Positions 52,694 to 64,000 of a DNA stretch of 64,000 nt are shown one piece after another (the stretch's first letter is position 1; the number at the start of each line of letters is the position of its first letter). The notes beneath the pieces were generated by a model that had not been told where the DNA came from, did not search any database, and worked only from the letters and a program-made list of their open reading frames with translations. The stretch covers positions 1 through 64,000 of the forward strand of contig JBHGNT010000077.1 in assembly GCA_043228905.1 (NCBI GenBank), given 5' to 3'. The position numbers and the translations under genes are program-made. This DNA comes from Azolla caroliniana (lineage: Eukaryota > Plantae > Polypodiophyta).

Positions 52694-53584
52694 TACACAG
52701 AGGGGAGAGAGAGAGAGAGAGAGAGAATTCCATAATATCTAGTTAACCTCTGAACATTTGCAACAAATACTTCCCACGCTCATACCCATAAATTTAACAC
52801 GATAGGCAAATGCATCAATCAATTAACACATATAGGCATGGAAGATCTCATGATCCAAAAATGATGAATTAAAAATCAACGGTGGTTTTCCTAAAAACTC
52901 ATGAAAACCTCTAATTGAGTGGTGATTGAACTCAAAAATTAATGGGAAATGATCTGATATAATTGACCCATAAGACACTGAAATATCCAAAATCTCTGGT
53001 AAAAAACCTTCGGTATCCTAATATGCGAAATGCCTTCATTTTTTATTCACAAGTTGGGGTGAGAAAATATGTTCTTAAGTTAAAAGGACTTCTTTTGTGG
53101 CAATTGACAGTGCTAGAGAAGTCACAAAATCTCAACCAAGAAGAGAGAGAACTCTGCAAGGTCACATATCATCATATTTGCCATATGAATTGGTGTGTAG
53201 GGTGGCATTGAGTTTGGTGTCATAGTTTTCTTTAGATCCCTAGATAGAAGGGGTTCTATAGTTTGTTGTAAGTTAGTCATGGTGGTGTTTTTTCTTTCGT
53301 AATGAAAGCCATTATTTACGAAAAAGAGAGAGAGAGAGAGAGAGAGACTACATAGAGGGGTGGAGAGAGAGAGAGAAAGAAAACGCAAAGTTCGGAGATG
53401 TTGGAGAAGGGCAAACACTAATTTTGATGTATCTTCTTGTTACGGTGTCCGTTTCCTTTGTTCTTTAGCTCATTTCGAAGCTTGCACATAGAGCTTTCTA
53501 AATAGTATCTGCACATATCATTTGGAGGTCTTGGTAGAACGTTACGAGTAAAAATTCCATTCGATTGCATGCATCTCATGATCG

Positions 53585-56500
53585 TTGGCTTTGATTCCTT
53601 CTCCAACACAATTACTTGTAAGTGAACTCTCTCCTATTTCTTGTCATATGGATGGTAGTGTTTTAATGAATATGGATGAGTCTCCAAAATCTTCAAAGGA
53701 TGCATGCATGGTTGAGTCAGTATCAAGCCCAAGAGGGGATGGTAAAAGAAAACAATGTATTGGAGATAATAGTAATGACATGTCTTATGTTGATGCAATG
53801 CAACAAGATGATATTGAGAAAGATGATAGTCATTGGGAACATTTAAGATGCATGGCAAATATATTAATGGAAGATTGTATAAGGGAGAATGTGAAAGTTG
53901 CTGAGGAGTTTGTTGACGATGAAGTGGCTAAGGTAGAAATAGACAATAAGGAGTTTTTGGGTTCATTTGCTAATTTTTGTGATAAAGGGGTCATATTGTT
54001 TTTCACGGGAAAGATACCTTTCCTTTGGAGGGTCAAACAATGGTTACGTGGGATTTTACAAGTTGATTGTGTTCAGGATGTTTATGTTGGTCCTCGTGGA
54101 TTTTATGAGGTTGTTTTGGTATCACAAGAGTATAAAGAGAAATTACTCAATAAATTGCCAGTTTTTTATGAGAAAAGTTTGGTTCATATTGTTCTGTGGA
54201 GACCATTAGTGGAATACCAAGATATATTAAAGCAAGAGTGTCCCGTATGGGTTGAGGTAGAGTGCACATATTCAATGGTTTGGCCAATATTACGGTCAAC
54301 GATGGAAAAGTTGGGAAAGATCTTGGTGCCTCCTAGTGCTAATGCTCAAAATTGATATCGGATGTGTATTCTTTGGAATACTGCTATAAAGAGGCCAAGT
54401 TGTTTACAAATTGCATGTTCTGGTATGCCGCCTATGTATTTTCGGCTTAAATGGGGTACATTTGTAGGACATTGTTTCCATTGTGGTGTGTTGGGGCATT
54501 TTATGGCTGAATGTCCTCAAAAAAGAAATAATGTAGTGGAAGTGGTACATGAAGAGCCTACAACTCATGATCAGATTCAAGATTTGACAATTTCAGAGCA
54601 AACAATGGAACCACAAATTGTGAATGAGAAGGATGGAAAGACTCTAGAGGATGAAGGACAATGGTCAATAGTTTCTGGAAAGATGAAGAAGTCTAATAAA
54701 AATGTTGGGCATAATGTATCTATGGAGAAGGTCACACTGACACATCCCATGCGGAATAAACCATGGGCTTGTCAAGAGGACTATCCAAAGAAATTATATT
54801 TTGATAATAAAGGTAATTTGTATGTTCCTTGGAATAAACGGAAATCGGTGCCTCGTTCACATGAGGAGCCATCGGGGTCTGGAGTTTTGCATTCCCATAG
54901 TAATTCATATGCAATCTTAGGGGATTTATTTCAAGATATGGCAGAAACATTAGCAGTGAAGGAGAAGGAGATTTCTCGAATAAAAGGAAAAAATAAAGTA
55001 TGAAGATCACCACATGGAATGTGAGGGGATTGTGTTCTAGATTTAGAATGCATGAGGTTTGGAGGATTGTGTTAAGTGAGCAATGGGATGTTTTATGTGC
55101 AGTAGAGCATAAAGATCATCGAAATGCTGGTTTAATTAGTTATTCTAAGGGTTATACATTATTTATGCTGGCAAGGTTCATGGGGATTATTCTGGGATTG
55201 TCATGTTTATAAGAGATAAATTTCACCCAAAAGTAATTGTTTCAGATGAATTTGGAAGATTTATTGTGGTAGAGATATGTTATGAAGGGCAAGCTCTTTG
55301 GTTAGTTGGTGTGTATGCATCAAATGTTTCACAAGAACGAAAGTTGTTATGGAGATCTCTAAACTCAGTGCTTCATAATGGTAGACCGGGTTTATTGATG
55401 GGAGATTTTAATGTTTGTTGTGAGACAGATCAATCAACATCTATCCACTCTATTATGGATGGACCAGAGGCTCAAGAATGGGGAGATTTTGAGACTGAAG
55501 TCATGTTAAGGGATGTATGGAAATGGATCAAGGGAGATGAACCTGGTTATACCTTTCAATTGGCTCAATATAAGGATACTTGGAGTAGGTTGGATCGAAT
55601 GTATGTAATGCATACCGAAGGTTTTTTACCAGAGATTTTGGATATTTCAGTGTCTTATGGGTCAATTATATCAGATCATTTCCCATTAATTTTTGAGTTC
55701 AATCACCACTCAATTAGAGGTTTTCATGAGTTTTTAGGAAAACCACCGTTGATTTTTAATTCATCATTTTTGGATCATGAGGTCTTCCATGCCTATATGT
55801 GTCAATTGATTGATGCATTTGCCTATCGTGTTCAATTTGATGGGTATGAAGCGTGGGAAGTATTTGTTGCAAATGTTCAGAGGTTAACTAGATATTATGG
55901 AATTCACCATGCTTTTAAAAGGAGAAAGAAATTAAGTCTCCTAGTTAATTTGCTTGATAAATGCAACTCATTGTTAACTTATTGGCCAACGGATGCAGAG
56001 TTGATGGGATATCAAGAGGTATTAATTTCTGCGATGCATGACCTAACGGCAAAAAATTATCAACATGCTAGACTACATCGTCTAAGACAAGAAGTGGATG
56101 ATGCTAATTGTCAATCACATAAGTTTTTCCATGACCTTCATGAATCACATGCACGACATAATGTGGTAAGGTTAGAGGAAAATGGTATCATGTGTTCCGA
56201 TCCTCAAGAAATTGTGAAGAAATGCATAGAATATTATACACAATTGTTGGATGTACAAGTGTGTATCGATGATAATGTTAAAAAGGATAGAGATGTATTT
56301 TTTAATGGAGTGAAAAATCATGTATTGCATGATGTGGCACAATCATTAGATGCTAATATTTCAGAGGATGAGGTGGAACATGTCATGTAACATCTTGCTA
56401 ATGATAAGAGTCCTGGGTGGGATGGATTAACACATGAACTCTTTAAGAAATATGTGATTAAGTTAAAGGGGCCTTTTACGATTTTATTTCAGAAGGTGTG

Positions 56501-57507
56501 GACATCAGGGGAAATGCCTCATTCTTGGAAGATTCGTTTGATCAAGCTTTTGTCGAAGGAGCCTTCTCCATCTTCCTTTGCTCAATGGAGGCCTATTTCA
56601 TTGATGGGGGGAATGTACAAGATTTTTGCGAAAGTGTAGGTTGCATAAGGTTTTACCTTCTATTATTCATAATGCTCAATATGGGTTTTTAGCAAAAAGA
56701 GACATTTTACATAATATTTTAAATGTTCAAATGGCAATTGACTATGCAAAGGAGTCTAAACAAGAATTAGTGTTGCTACAATTGGATATCGAGAAAGCCT
56801 ATGATAATGTGGATTGGTCATTTATAAATCAATTGATGTCTCATATGGGTTTTGGTGATCATATGTCTAAGTTGATATACACATTAGGGGAGGGTTCGGT
56901 TTCACATGTGATGTTTAATGGAGGAGTAACCCAACCGATTTCTATTCGAAGGTCAGTTAGACAAGGATGCCCGATAAGTCCTTTACTATTCACTATTGTG
57001 ACACATCCTATTCTTGTTAAGTTACACAATATGGCTATGGGGGAAGAATTGCTTGGACTAAGGTTGCCATCAGGGAAGCCATGTATTGTTCAAGCTCTCG
57101 CAGATGACCATATTATGTTTTTGGCACCTAATCGGGAAAATATTAGTAAGACAAGAGATGTGTGGGAATTGTTTTCAAATGCTTCAGGGTTGAGAATTAA
57201 TATACATAAATCTGTCCTCATTTCATGTACAGAACAAGATGTGTTAGGGTTGGGGTGGTCAGGAAGGATAGTACATTGTGGTATGATTTGTCGTCATCTT
57301 GGATATCCAATTGGGGTGGAAGTTTCTGATGTGAAACTTATTGAGTGGGTTTCCAAAAGGTTGGAGGATAAGTTTATGTATTGGAGGTCTCAATTTTGGC
57401 CTTTTCATGTACGACTTAAGGTGGTCCAATCGATTATGGTCTCTATGGTATCTTATTATCTTCCTTTGCTCCCATGGTCAAAGAAAGCTCTTGAAATGTT
57501 GTCACGC
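53585..57507 (+). mobile_element. L1-clade LINE, disabled; 3' part interrupted by an LTR insertion
   Basis: ORF1 has a DUF4283-like region and zinc knuckle CFHCGVLGHFMAEC, with an in-frame TGA at 54353. The ORF1 stop overlaps the ORF2 start (ATGA, 55000-55003). ORF2 has endonuclease motifs (ITTWNVRG, GDFN, SRLDR, SDHFP) and RT motifs (KSPGWDG, WRPISL, LDIEKAYD, VRQGCPISP, LADD), with frameshifts near 55160 and 56635 and a stop at 56388. Confidence 0.93.
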
Positions 57508-58194
57508 TGTCGTGAAGAAAACCATCCCCAAGCGCAAACCGTGTATAGTGTGTGTGAACCGTCCCTTTCACATGGGCACGTCCCTTGTTGTACGGTGGAT
57601 GGGTAGGCACAAAAGTTAAATCCTAGGTAGCAATATTCTGTAAGGGAAATCGAGGAGTATCTCTGTCCGAAAGGACAGAGAGTTAATGTGATGTAAACGG
57701 GTGAGACGGCCTCCCTCCTTGAGCTATAAAAGAGAGGGAGACGGGGAGGAAAGGGGATCGCGCACTAGAGGGAACGAAGTGCTGTCGGACTGGGACCGAG
57801 CTCTTCTTCTCTATCGTTCTCCATAGCCTTCTTTTGCACAGGCTCTCAGGAGGCTGATTCTGCTCCGTGGAACGCCCGTGTGCTTCCGGCAGAATCTCCA
57901 TCGTGCTCTTCTGTTTGTGTGAATGAACAAGCTTCGGTGTTCGCCTTGCCGTCCTGTTAGTTGTAACCGTCTCGATATATATACTTATATTAATATACAT
58001 ACGTGTTCATATACTCGGACTTCTAGTCGTTTCGTTTTGCTGTGTTGTTGGACTGTGATTCCTATGTGCTCCCGTGTCTGTGCGTGTGTAAGAGCGTCCG
58101 TTGCCTTTCTGCTCTCCTCCTTCTCAGCTATTTCTCGGTCCAAGACCCCGGTGGTCCCGCCTTGTTCCCCACACACGCGCATAACAACGCGACA
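57508..58194 (+). mobile_element. 5' LTR of LTR retrotransposon A
   Basis: Termini TGTCGTG...CGCGACA, a TATA-like CTATAAAA at about 57724, and a tRNA PBS directly downstream. It interrupts the LINE RT frame after ...EMLSR. Confidence 0.85.
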
Positions 58195-58198
58195 TATT

Positions 58199-58216
58199 TG
58201 GTGAACCCGACATGAA
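58199..58216 (+). promoter_or_regulatory. Primer-binding site for tRNA-Trp (element A)
   Basis: TGGTGAACCCGACATGAA matches the complement of the plant tRNA-Trp(CCA) 3' end as I recall it (TGGTGAACCCGACGTGAA), with one G>A change. Confidence 0.8.
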
Positions 58217-58300
58217 CAGGCGACAGAGGAATAGAAGATGAGGGGGTCGGACCTTGCAGAAGCCATGGCTTCGGCCGTAGACCGTATAGTGAGTGCGCGA

Positions 58301-59037
58301 TGTCGTGAAGAATTTCGGCCAGAGGTGGAAACGGGGAAACATTGGCTACCTCGGCGGGGTGCAGCATGTATATTTAGTGTGAATATCGAGGGCGCCTTTA
58401 TGGCGCCAAAGAGTAGTCAAGTCGAGACAGACGATCCCATGTAAGTCGGGATTTGTCCCACATTGTAACGCATCTCTTTCCTTGTTCTATAAAAGGAAGG
58501 GAACGCCCTTTGCGTAAGGGTTGCCCATTTTGCATTAGAGGGTATACCGTTAGGTTTAGAGTTAGGTTTCTTCTCCTTCTTCTCCCCCCCTTCGTGTTTG
58601 CTTAGGGTTTGCTTTGGTTCGGCCTCCTGTGCAAGACCCCGCTTGGCGCGACGAGCGGAGAGCTCCCCGACGACGGCTTGGCAGCTGACGACTACTGTAA
58701 CCTACCTTGGACCGGCTCGAAGGCGGGAATGTATTCTTCTTTATATATATGTACCTTTGCGTCTGTCTGTGTATATCCGCATCTCTGTTGGTGTCGGGTG
58801 CTCCCCCTTCCCTACGTTTCCTGTACATAAGGGCGTGAGTCGGGTCAGGCTGTGTGTGCGTGTGTGTGCGTGAGTCAGTGTTAAGCACGCTCTCTCTCTC
58901 TCTCTCTTTGGTTGCTTCCGGAGTGTCCCCGGGATGCCCCAGAAACAGTGAAGCACGACTTCCTACGCTCCATCACTCCCTAGTCCAAGACCCCCGTGGT
59001 CCCGCCTTTCTCCACGCACGCGCATAACAACGCGACA
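58301..59037 (+). mobile_element. 5' LTR of LTR retrotransposon B, inserted in the gag start of element A
   Basis: Same TGTCGTGAAGAA start and ...CATAACAACGCGACA end as LTR A, TATA-like CTATAAAA at about 58487, and a tRNA-Trp PBS at 59042-59059. Confidence 0.85.
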
Positions 59038-59074
59038 TCTTTGGTGAACCCGACATGAAAGGCGGCAAGGGAGG

Positions 59075-60511
59075 ATGGAGTCGGAAGACGACGACCTTGC
59101 GGAGATGGTGGCCGAAGTGGTGTTGGAGTCGGCGCGAGTGGTGATGAGGCGAGAAGCAGCACAACAGGCGGTTGAGCGAGTGGTCGAAAGAGTCAGTCGT
59201 TTCAATAGGGAGAAAGTCCCATCTTACTTGGAAGCCTACAACGCGGAAATGGAGGGGCGTGGTGTAGACGAGGCGTTGAGGCTGGAGTTCTTCTGTCGAG
59301 TCGTGGCTGTCTGGATGCATGCGGAAGTAAAGGAGCTCCGTGAGGCTCATAGTTCGTGGGAGGCCTTCGAAGAGGCACTCCTGAAGGCATACGGAGGACA
59401 GCAGAAGAGCCAGGGACGACACGACTTTGACTAGTGGGTAGCATCGTCAAAGACCCACCGGGGCGCGACCAAGGCGTTCCGAGAGTTCGAGTGACGACTT
59501 GCTCGGCTCCCAGAGCGGGAACAAGGTTTGGTGGGGGCGGACAAAGTCCTTTTGTTCGTCAGGTCGATCGACCGAGCGGAACGGGAAGCCATCGGGATTG
59601 AGCTCGAAGACGATGATGGAGCAAATGGGCTTATGGAGGACTGGTCGAAGGTCGGAAGGGTGTGCCAACGGCTAGATGATGAGCGAGCCGAGAAGGCTAA
59701 GAGGAAGGGACGCGACGGCGTGCCATCACAGCGGGAAGAGGCCGAACGACAAAGAGAGTCGGCAAGGGTCGGCGTTGGGGCCAGGATTGCAGAGGCTTAC
59801 CCAGCTCTCAAAGCGATGCTCGAGGAAGAGGGAAGATCGAGGCCGGAAGCCGAGACCGAGGAGATGGACTTGCCCCACGCGATGACGGAAGATCGGTACG
59901 ACGGTACGACGGGAGAGGGTGCGGAACAAAACGCCCTCTCGACTTGCGGAGATAGAACGGCCAAGGTCGAGGCCGAGATACAGATCATGGAACCGGAACG
60001 TTGGGACCAACGGTTTCAGGCGTGTCAGCCCAAGATCCCGGTCATTGAAGAAGCAAGCCCAGACGGGGCTTGCGCGATCGGTAAGAAGACGACCGCCGAC
60101 CACGAAGAGTCGGTGGCTACGGACAAGGGCGTAAAACGGACGGGCGATTCTTTGTTTCTTCCCACACTTGCTCCCGAGACGATGGCAGTCGGGCCCGAGT
60201 ACCCACGTGAGTCCCAAGCGGAGGAAGGCGGCAAAGGGCCAAGAATCACCGGCGAGACGATTCAAGGAAGGAGCGGACGAAAGCCCACGGACCTGATTCC
60301 GGAGAACTTGGCATTCGGGCCGGTATGCCCATGTAAGACCGAGGAGATGGATGGCAGTACCGAGGAGTCCTGGCACGATGCCAACGAAGATGGATGGGGA
60401 ACGGCCTGTGAGGAGGCCAAGGACGGACGCGACACGAGGAGATCGGCATTCCGATACGCGTGGAGCATGATCCAGTCGTGGATTGTTCGATCGGGGCCGG
60501 ACTCGGCATAA
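59075..60511 (+). pseudogene. gag-like ORF of element B with two in-frame stops
   Basis: One frame MESEDDDLAEM...FNREKVPSYLEAYNAEM...WEAFEEALLKAY continues through TAG (59432) and TGA (59492) into ...DKVLLFVRSID and a long acidic/charged tail. It starts right after the PBS. Confidence 0.7.
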
Positions 60512-60920
60512 AGGTGCCGATACGGGAGAGGGTGCGGGACGAGCCGCCCTCTTTTACATGGGGAGAAAGACCGACCGGGCGAAGGTCGAGATTTGGAAGG
60601 AGAATGCAAGCCGGTCTTATGGGATTCCTTACACCAATCCGGCTGCAGGCCCGAGTGCCGACGTGAGTCCTATAAGAGAGATCGGTGGCGACAGGAGAAC
60701 GGGATTCGGCAATCCGGAGAAGGACGAATGGACCCGGATGAGAACCGGGCGGAGCAGACTCCCGGATGACTATTCCAGGAGGGAGGAAGAGAGCAGGCCT
60801 ACGAAGAGGCCGAGGACACGGTACGTCGGTACCACGGGAGAGGGTGCGGAACAAAACGCCCTCTCGGCATGCGGAAAAGGACGACCCGGGACAGGGTCGA
60901 GAAGGCGACGAACGCCCGAG

Positions 60921-61256
60921 GAGGATCCTTCACACCGGTTCTAGAGACTTCGGCAGTCGGCAACGCAGTCGACATAAGAACAAGATACTGACGGTGGCGG
61001 CGAGGTGACGAAGGCAAGGGCTACGGATGGGCGGTCTACGGAGGATCCTTCACACTGGTTCTAGAGACTTCGGCAGTCGACAACGCGGTCAACATAAGAC
61101 CAAGATACTGACGGTGGCGGCGAGGTGACGAAGGCAAGGGCTACGGATGGGCGGTCTACGGAGGATCCTTCACACCGGTTCTAGAGACTTCGGCAGTCGG
61201 CAACGCGGTCGACATAAGACCAAGATACTGACGGTGGCGGCGAGGTGACGAAGGCT
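60921..61256 (+). repeat. 120-bp tandem array (about 2.8 copies) inside element B, with degenerate copies at about 61283, 61468 and 61653
   Basis: GAGGATCCTTCACAC.GGTTCTAGAGACTTCGGCAGTCG... starts at 60921, 61041 and 61161. Confidence 0.92.
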
Positions 61257-62052
61257 ATGGGCGTAAGGAAGTCCGGTCCTACGGGATCCCCACACCAACT
61301 AGAGACTCCGGCTGATCGGCCAACGTGGCAACGTAAGACCGAGGGAGAAGGAAGGTGGCGGCGGGAAACGGGACCCGACTACGCGGAAGACACGAGGAGA
61401 GTCCGAGAGGGACTCAAACAAAGACACCTGAGTTTCGGCAAGCATAGAAACGGAGTCCGGTCCTATGGGACCCTCACACCGATCCGGAGACTCCGGCTGT
61501 TCGGCCAACGTGGCAATGTAAGACCGAGGGAGAAGGACGGTGGCGGTAGGGAACAAGACCCGACGACACAAGGGAGGTGCCAGGAACGAGGTGACCAAGT
61601 GCCTAGTGGACTGCACAAGGTCGGAGTCAAGGAATGGCAAGAGAGGCCGGAGGAGGATCCTCCACACTCGCTTCGTAGATCTCGGTAGCTCCGTTGAAGT
61701 AGCGAAGACTGACATGGCAAGCCTAGGGTGACAAGCTGGTGGGGGCGAGGGGACGACGGCAAGCGGAAGACTCAGGACTTATCGTGGCAACACGAAGACG
61801 GGAAGGGCCAAGCGGGCTATTACGGGGTGTTCCTCGGATGCAAAGGACGCCGGTATGCGGGTAAACGACGATGCACGATCTGGCCAAAAAGGGGGCCGAC
61901 GGGGCGTGCAATAAACCGGAGTGCGACATGGGCGGTGCCAAACAACGGGCGAGGGTACATGGCACACGGAGGTGCCGAAGCGGAAAGGCGAGCGCGGAGA
62001 TAGGTTGCGCGATTCGGAGGTAGCGCGGGGAAGGCCGGAAAGGGATCCTCCA

Positions 62053-62181
62053 TGTCAGGAACTCTATTAAGGCAGAGAAGGAATTAGTACTAAAAGAAGG
62101 ATTAGTACTATTGTTGGGGAATAGTACTAAGACAGAGAAGGATTAGTACTATGAGAGGTGTCGAACTTTGAGAGAAGGAAT

Positions 62182-62217
<36 letters not shown>

Positions 62218-62507
62218 TGATGCGAAAGATATATGTATTATATGACGGAAGATATACAACAGTAGTTAGAAGGCTTAAGACTGGCGTTGAACCGATTTGG
62301 TTCGAACTAATGCCTTGCGCCTCCTTTTATAGTGTCTTCAGGAATACTCCTGAAGTTTCTAGAATGTTCCAGAGAAATCTGGAATATACATCAATTTCCC
62401 AATAAAACCTAAATGAAAATAATATCCTTCAAATTACAATTCATACCCTAATGGTAAAGTCTCGACCCGTGTAACAAAAGGTTATGGGTTCGAGTCTAGT
62501 TATGACA
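62053..62507 (-). mobile_element. 3' LTR of an inverted Ty3/gypsy chromovirus
   Basis: TGTCA...TGACA termini. On the minus strand the polypurine tract AAAGGGGGGATAG (62520-62508) lies immediately before the LTR. Internal GAAGGA(A)TTAGTACT repeats and a (GA)n tract. Confidence 0.88.
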
Positions 62508-64000
62508 CTATCCCCCCTTTAAAACGACGAGTTTCACGAGTCGTTTTGGATTGAGGACCCGGTTTCTCGGGATATCGTCGATGGAAGTCTTCTAGAAGAG
62601 CACGAGCATTGGTCACATTCTCGATCGGTTCCCAAGTACGCTCGCTGGGACTATATCCTAGCCAATCGACTAGATAGTAGAGCTTGTTGCGAACAATCTT
62701 GGAATCGAGGATGGCAACGACCTCATACTCAGGTCCATCTTCGAGCTCGATAGGAGGTGGAGGTTGTATAGTACGTCCTGGGATAGTGCTCTCGTGATAG
62801 GGTTCGAGGAGAGAACTATGAAACACCGGGTGTATCCGAAGTTGCGGAGGTAGCTCGAGACGAAAAGCGACATCATTAATCTTCCCGATAATACGGAAAG
62901 GACCTAATCGCCGATAATCCAACTTCTCACATGGGCGAGTAGTCTTGATGTGTCGTCGTAGCAACCACACCCGATCTCCAATGTTAAAACTGGATGGAAG
63001 TCGATGACGATCTGCGTAGTCCTTGTGTGATTGTTGAGCTTGCTGGAGTTGAGTAGATAAATCCGCTTGTATCTTGCGTAACCGCTCCAAACGATCCTCC
63101 GCGCAAGGATTTGTGGACACTTCTGGGGTTTCAAGGACACACCACCGGGGATGATATCCCGTATAAGCGTAGAATGGCGTGACTTTAGTCGATGCGTGGA
63201 TAGCGTTATTATAGGCAAATTCGGCGAACTGAAGAATATCTGCCCAGTCATTCTGATGATAGTTGAGAAAGCACCGCAGATACTGCTCCAGTGTTTGATT
63301 TGTTCGTTCGGCTTGACCGTCGGTTTGTGGGTGGTAGCCGGAGGAGAGGTTACAAGTGACCTTCAACATTTTAAAAAGGTGCTTCCAGAATTTTGACACA
63401 AACTGGGGTCCACGATCGCTGATGATATTATCAGGGAGTCCATGATGCCGACATACTTCCCGCATGACAATTTCGGCGGTGTCTTCACTAGATATTTCTT
63501 TAGTACATGGTAAGAAATGAGCCATCTTCGTATATCGATCCACCACTGTGAGAATCGCACTGAATCCCTTAGAGACTGGAAGATCTGTAATGAAGTCAAG
63601 AGCAATGGATTGCCATGGCTTGCTTGGAATTGGTAATGGTTCTAATAAACCATAGGGATGATGTCTTGGCATTTTCGCTCTGCAACATGTATCGCAAGTC
63701 CGAACAAAATCTTCGACAAATTGTCGCATACGGGGCCACCAGAATGATCGTTGTACTAAATCTAATGTTTTAGTACTACCAAAATGTCCTGCTGTATATG
63801 TGTCATGGCAGTTTTGTACTACTCGAAGGCGGCAAGAACCATTAGGAACATACAAAAGTTCTTTAAAGAAGAGTAATCCATCACAGTATTTGAATTGCCG
63901 ATAATCCGTACCTGGTGATTGTGATTGTGAACATGACGCTCGAGAGGGGTCAATTTGTGCTAGTATAGCTTGGGCGAAAGCGTCAGTCTTCAAGTCCTCA
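62500..64000 (-). mobile_element. Ty3/gypsy pol C-terminus (integrase plus chromodomain), Tcn1-like chromovirus; continues beyond the window
   Basis: HHCC zinc domain (HDTYTAGH...CDTC), DDE core (IALDFITDLP, IISDRGPQF, HPQTDGQAERTN), GPF motif (LGPFRII) and chromodomain EYEVVAILDSK..YLVDWLGYSPSERTWEP. The frame is uninterrupted and its stop codon lies inside the LTR. Confidence 0.93.

Noticed and set aside
54353-59494. In-frame TGA/TAA/TAG stops in the LINE and gag as U-to-C RNA-editing sites
   Set aside because: Reverse editing in ferns is organellar. These are nuclear TEs, and C>T deamination of methylated CGA/CAA/CAG explains the stops.
60921-61256. 120-bp periodic array as a CRISPR array
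   Set aside because: Whole units repeat with no unique spacers, there are no cas genes, and the context is a eukaryotic LTR element.

Overview
Eukaryotic nuclear DNA from a land plant. A leptosporangiate fern is the best inference, from the style of the PLS-PPR motifs and a Tcn1-like chromovirus. Positions 1-52 kb are gene-dense and hold seven genes: an EMS1/EXS-like LRR receptor kinase (5' part, minus), an intronless PLS-class PPR gene (plus), an MRS2/MGT Mg transporter (minus, 6 exons), mitochondrial ATP synthase OSCP (minus, 6 exons), an ALKBH9-like m6A demethylase (plus, 6 exons), an intronless GT47/exostosin GT19-like glycosyltransferase (minus) and an HDA15-like class II histone deacetylase (minus, about 16 coding exons). 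MITEs and local duplications lie in introns and intergenic DNA. Positions 52.4-64 kb are a stack of nested transposons: a hAT end, then an L1-type LINE, interrupted by tRNA-Trp-primed LTR element A, interrupted by related LTR element B, interrupted by an inverted Tcn1-like chromovirus. I cannot demonstrate a wholly new biological system from sequence alone. The best leads are a tRNA-like Pol III A/B-box pair at the end of the chromovirus LTR, two LTRs that share only their termini with one inserted into the other, a PPR array built by whole-array doubling with a frameshifted E2 remnant, and an EMS1-like ectodomain that appears to lack several N-terminal LRRs. Exon coordinates were read by eye, and family assignments come from remembered motifs rather than database searches.
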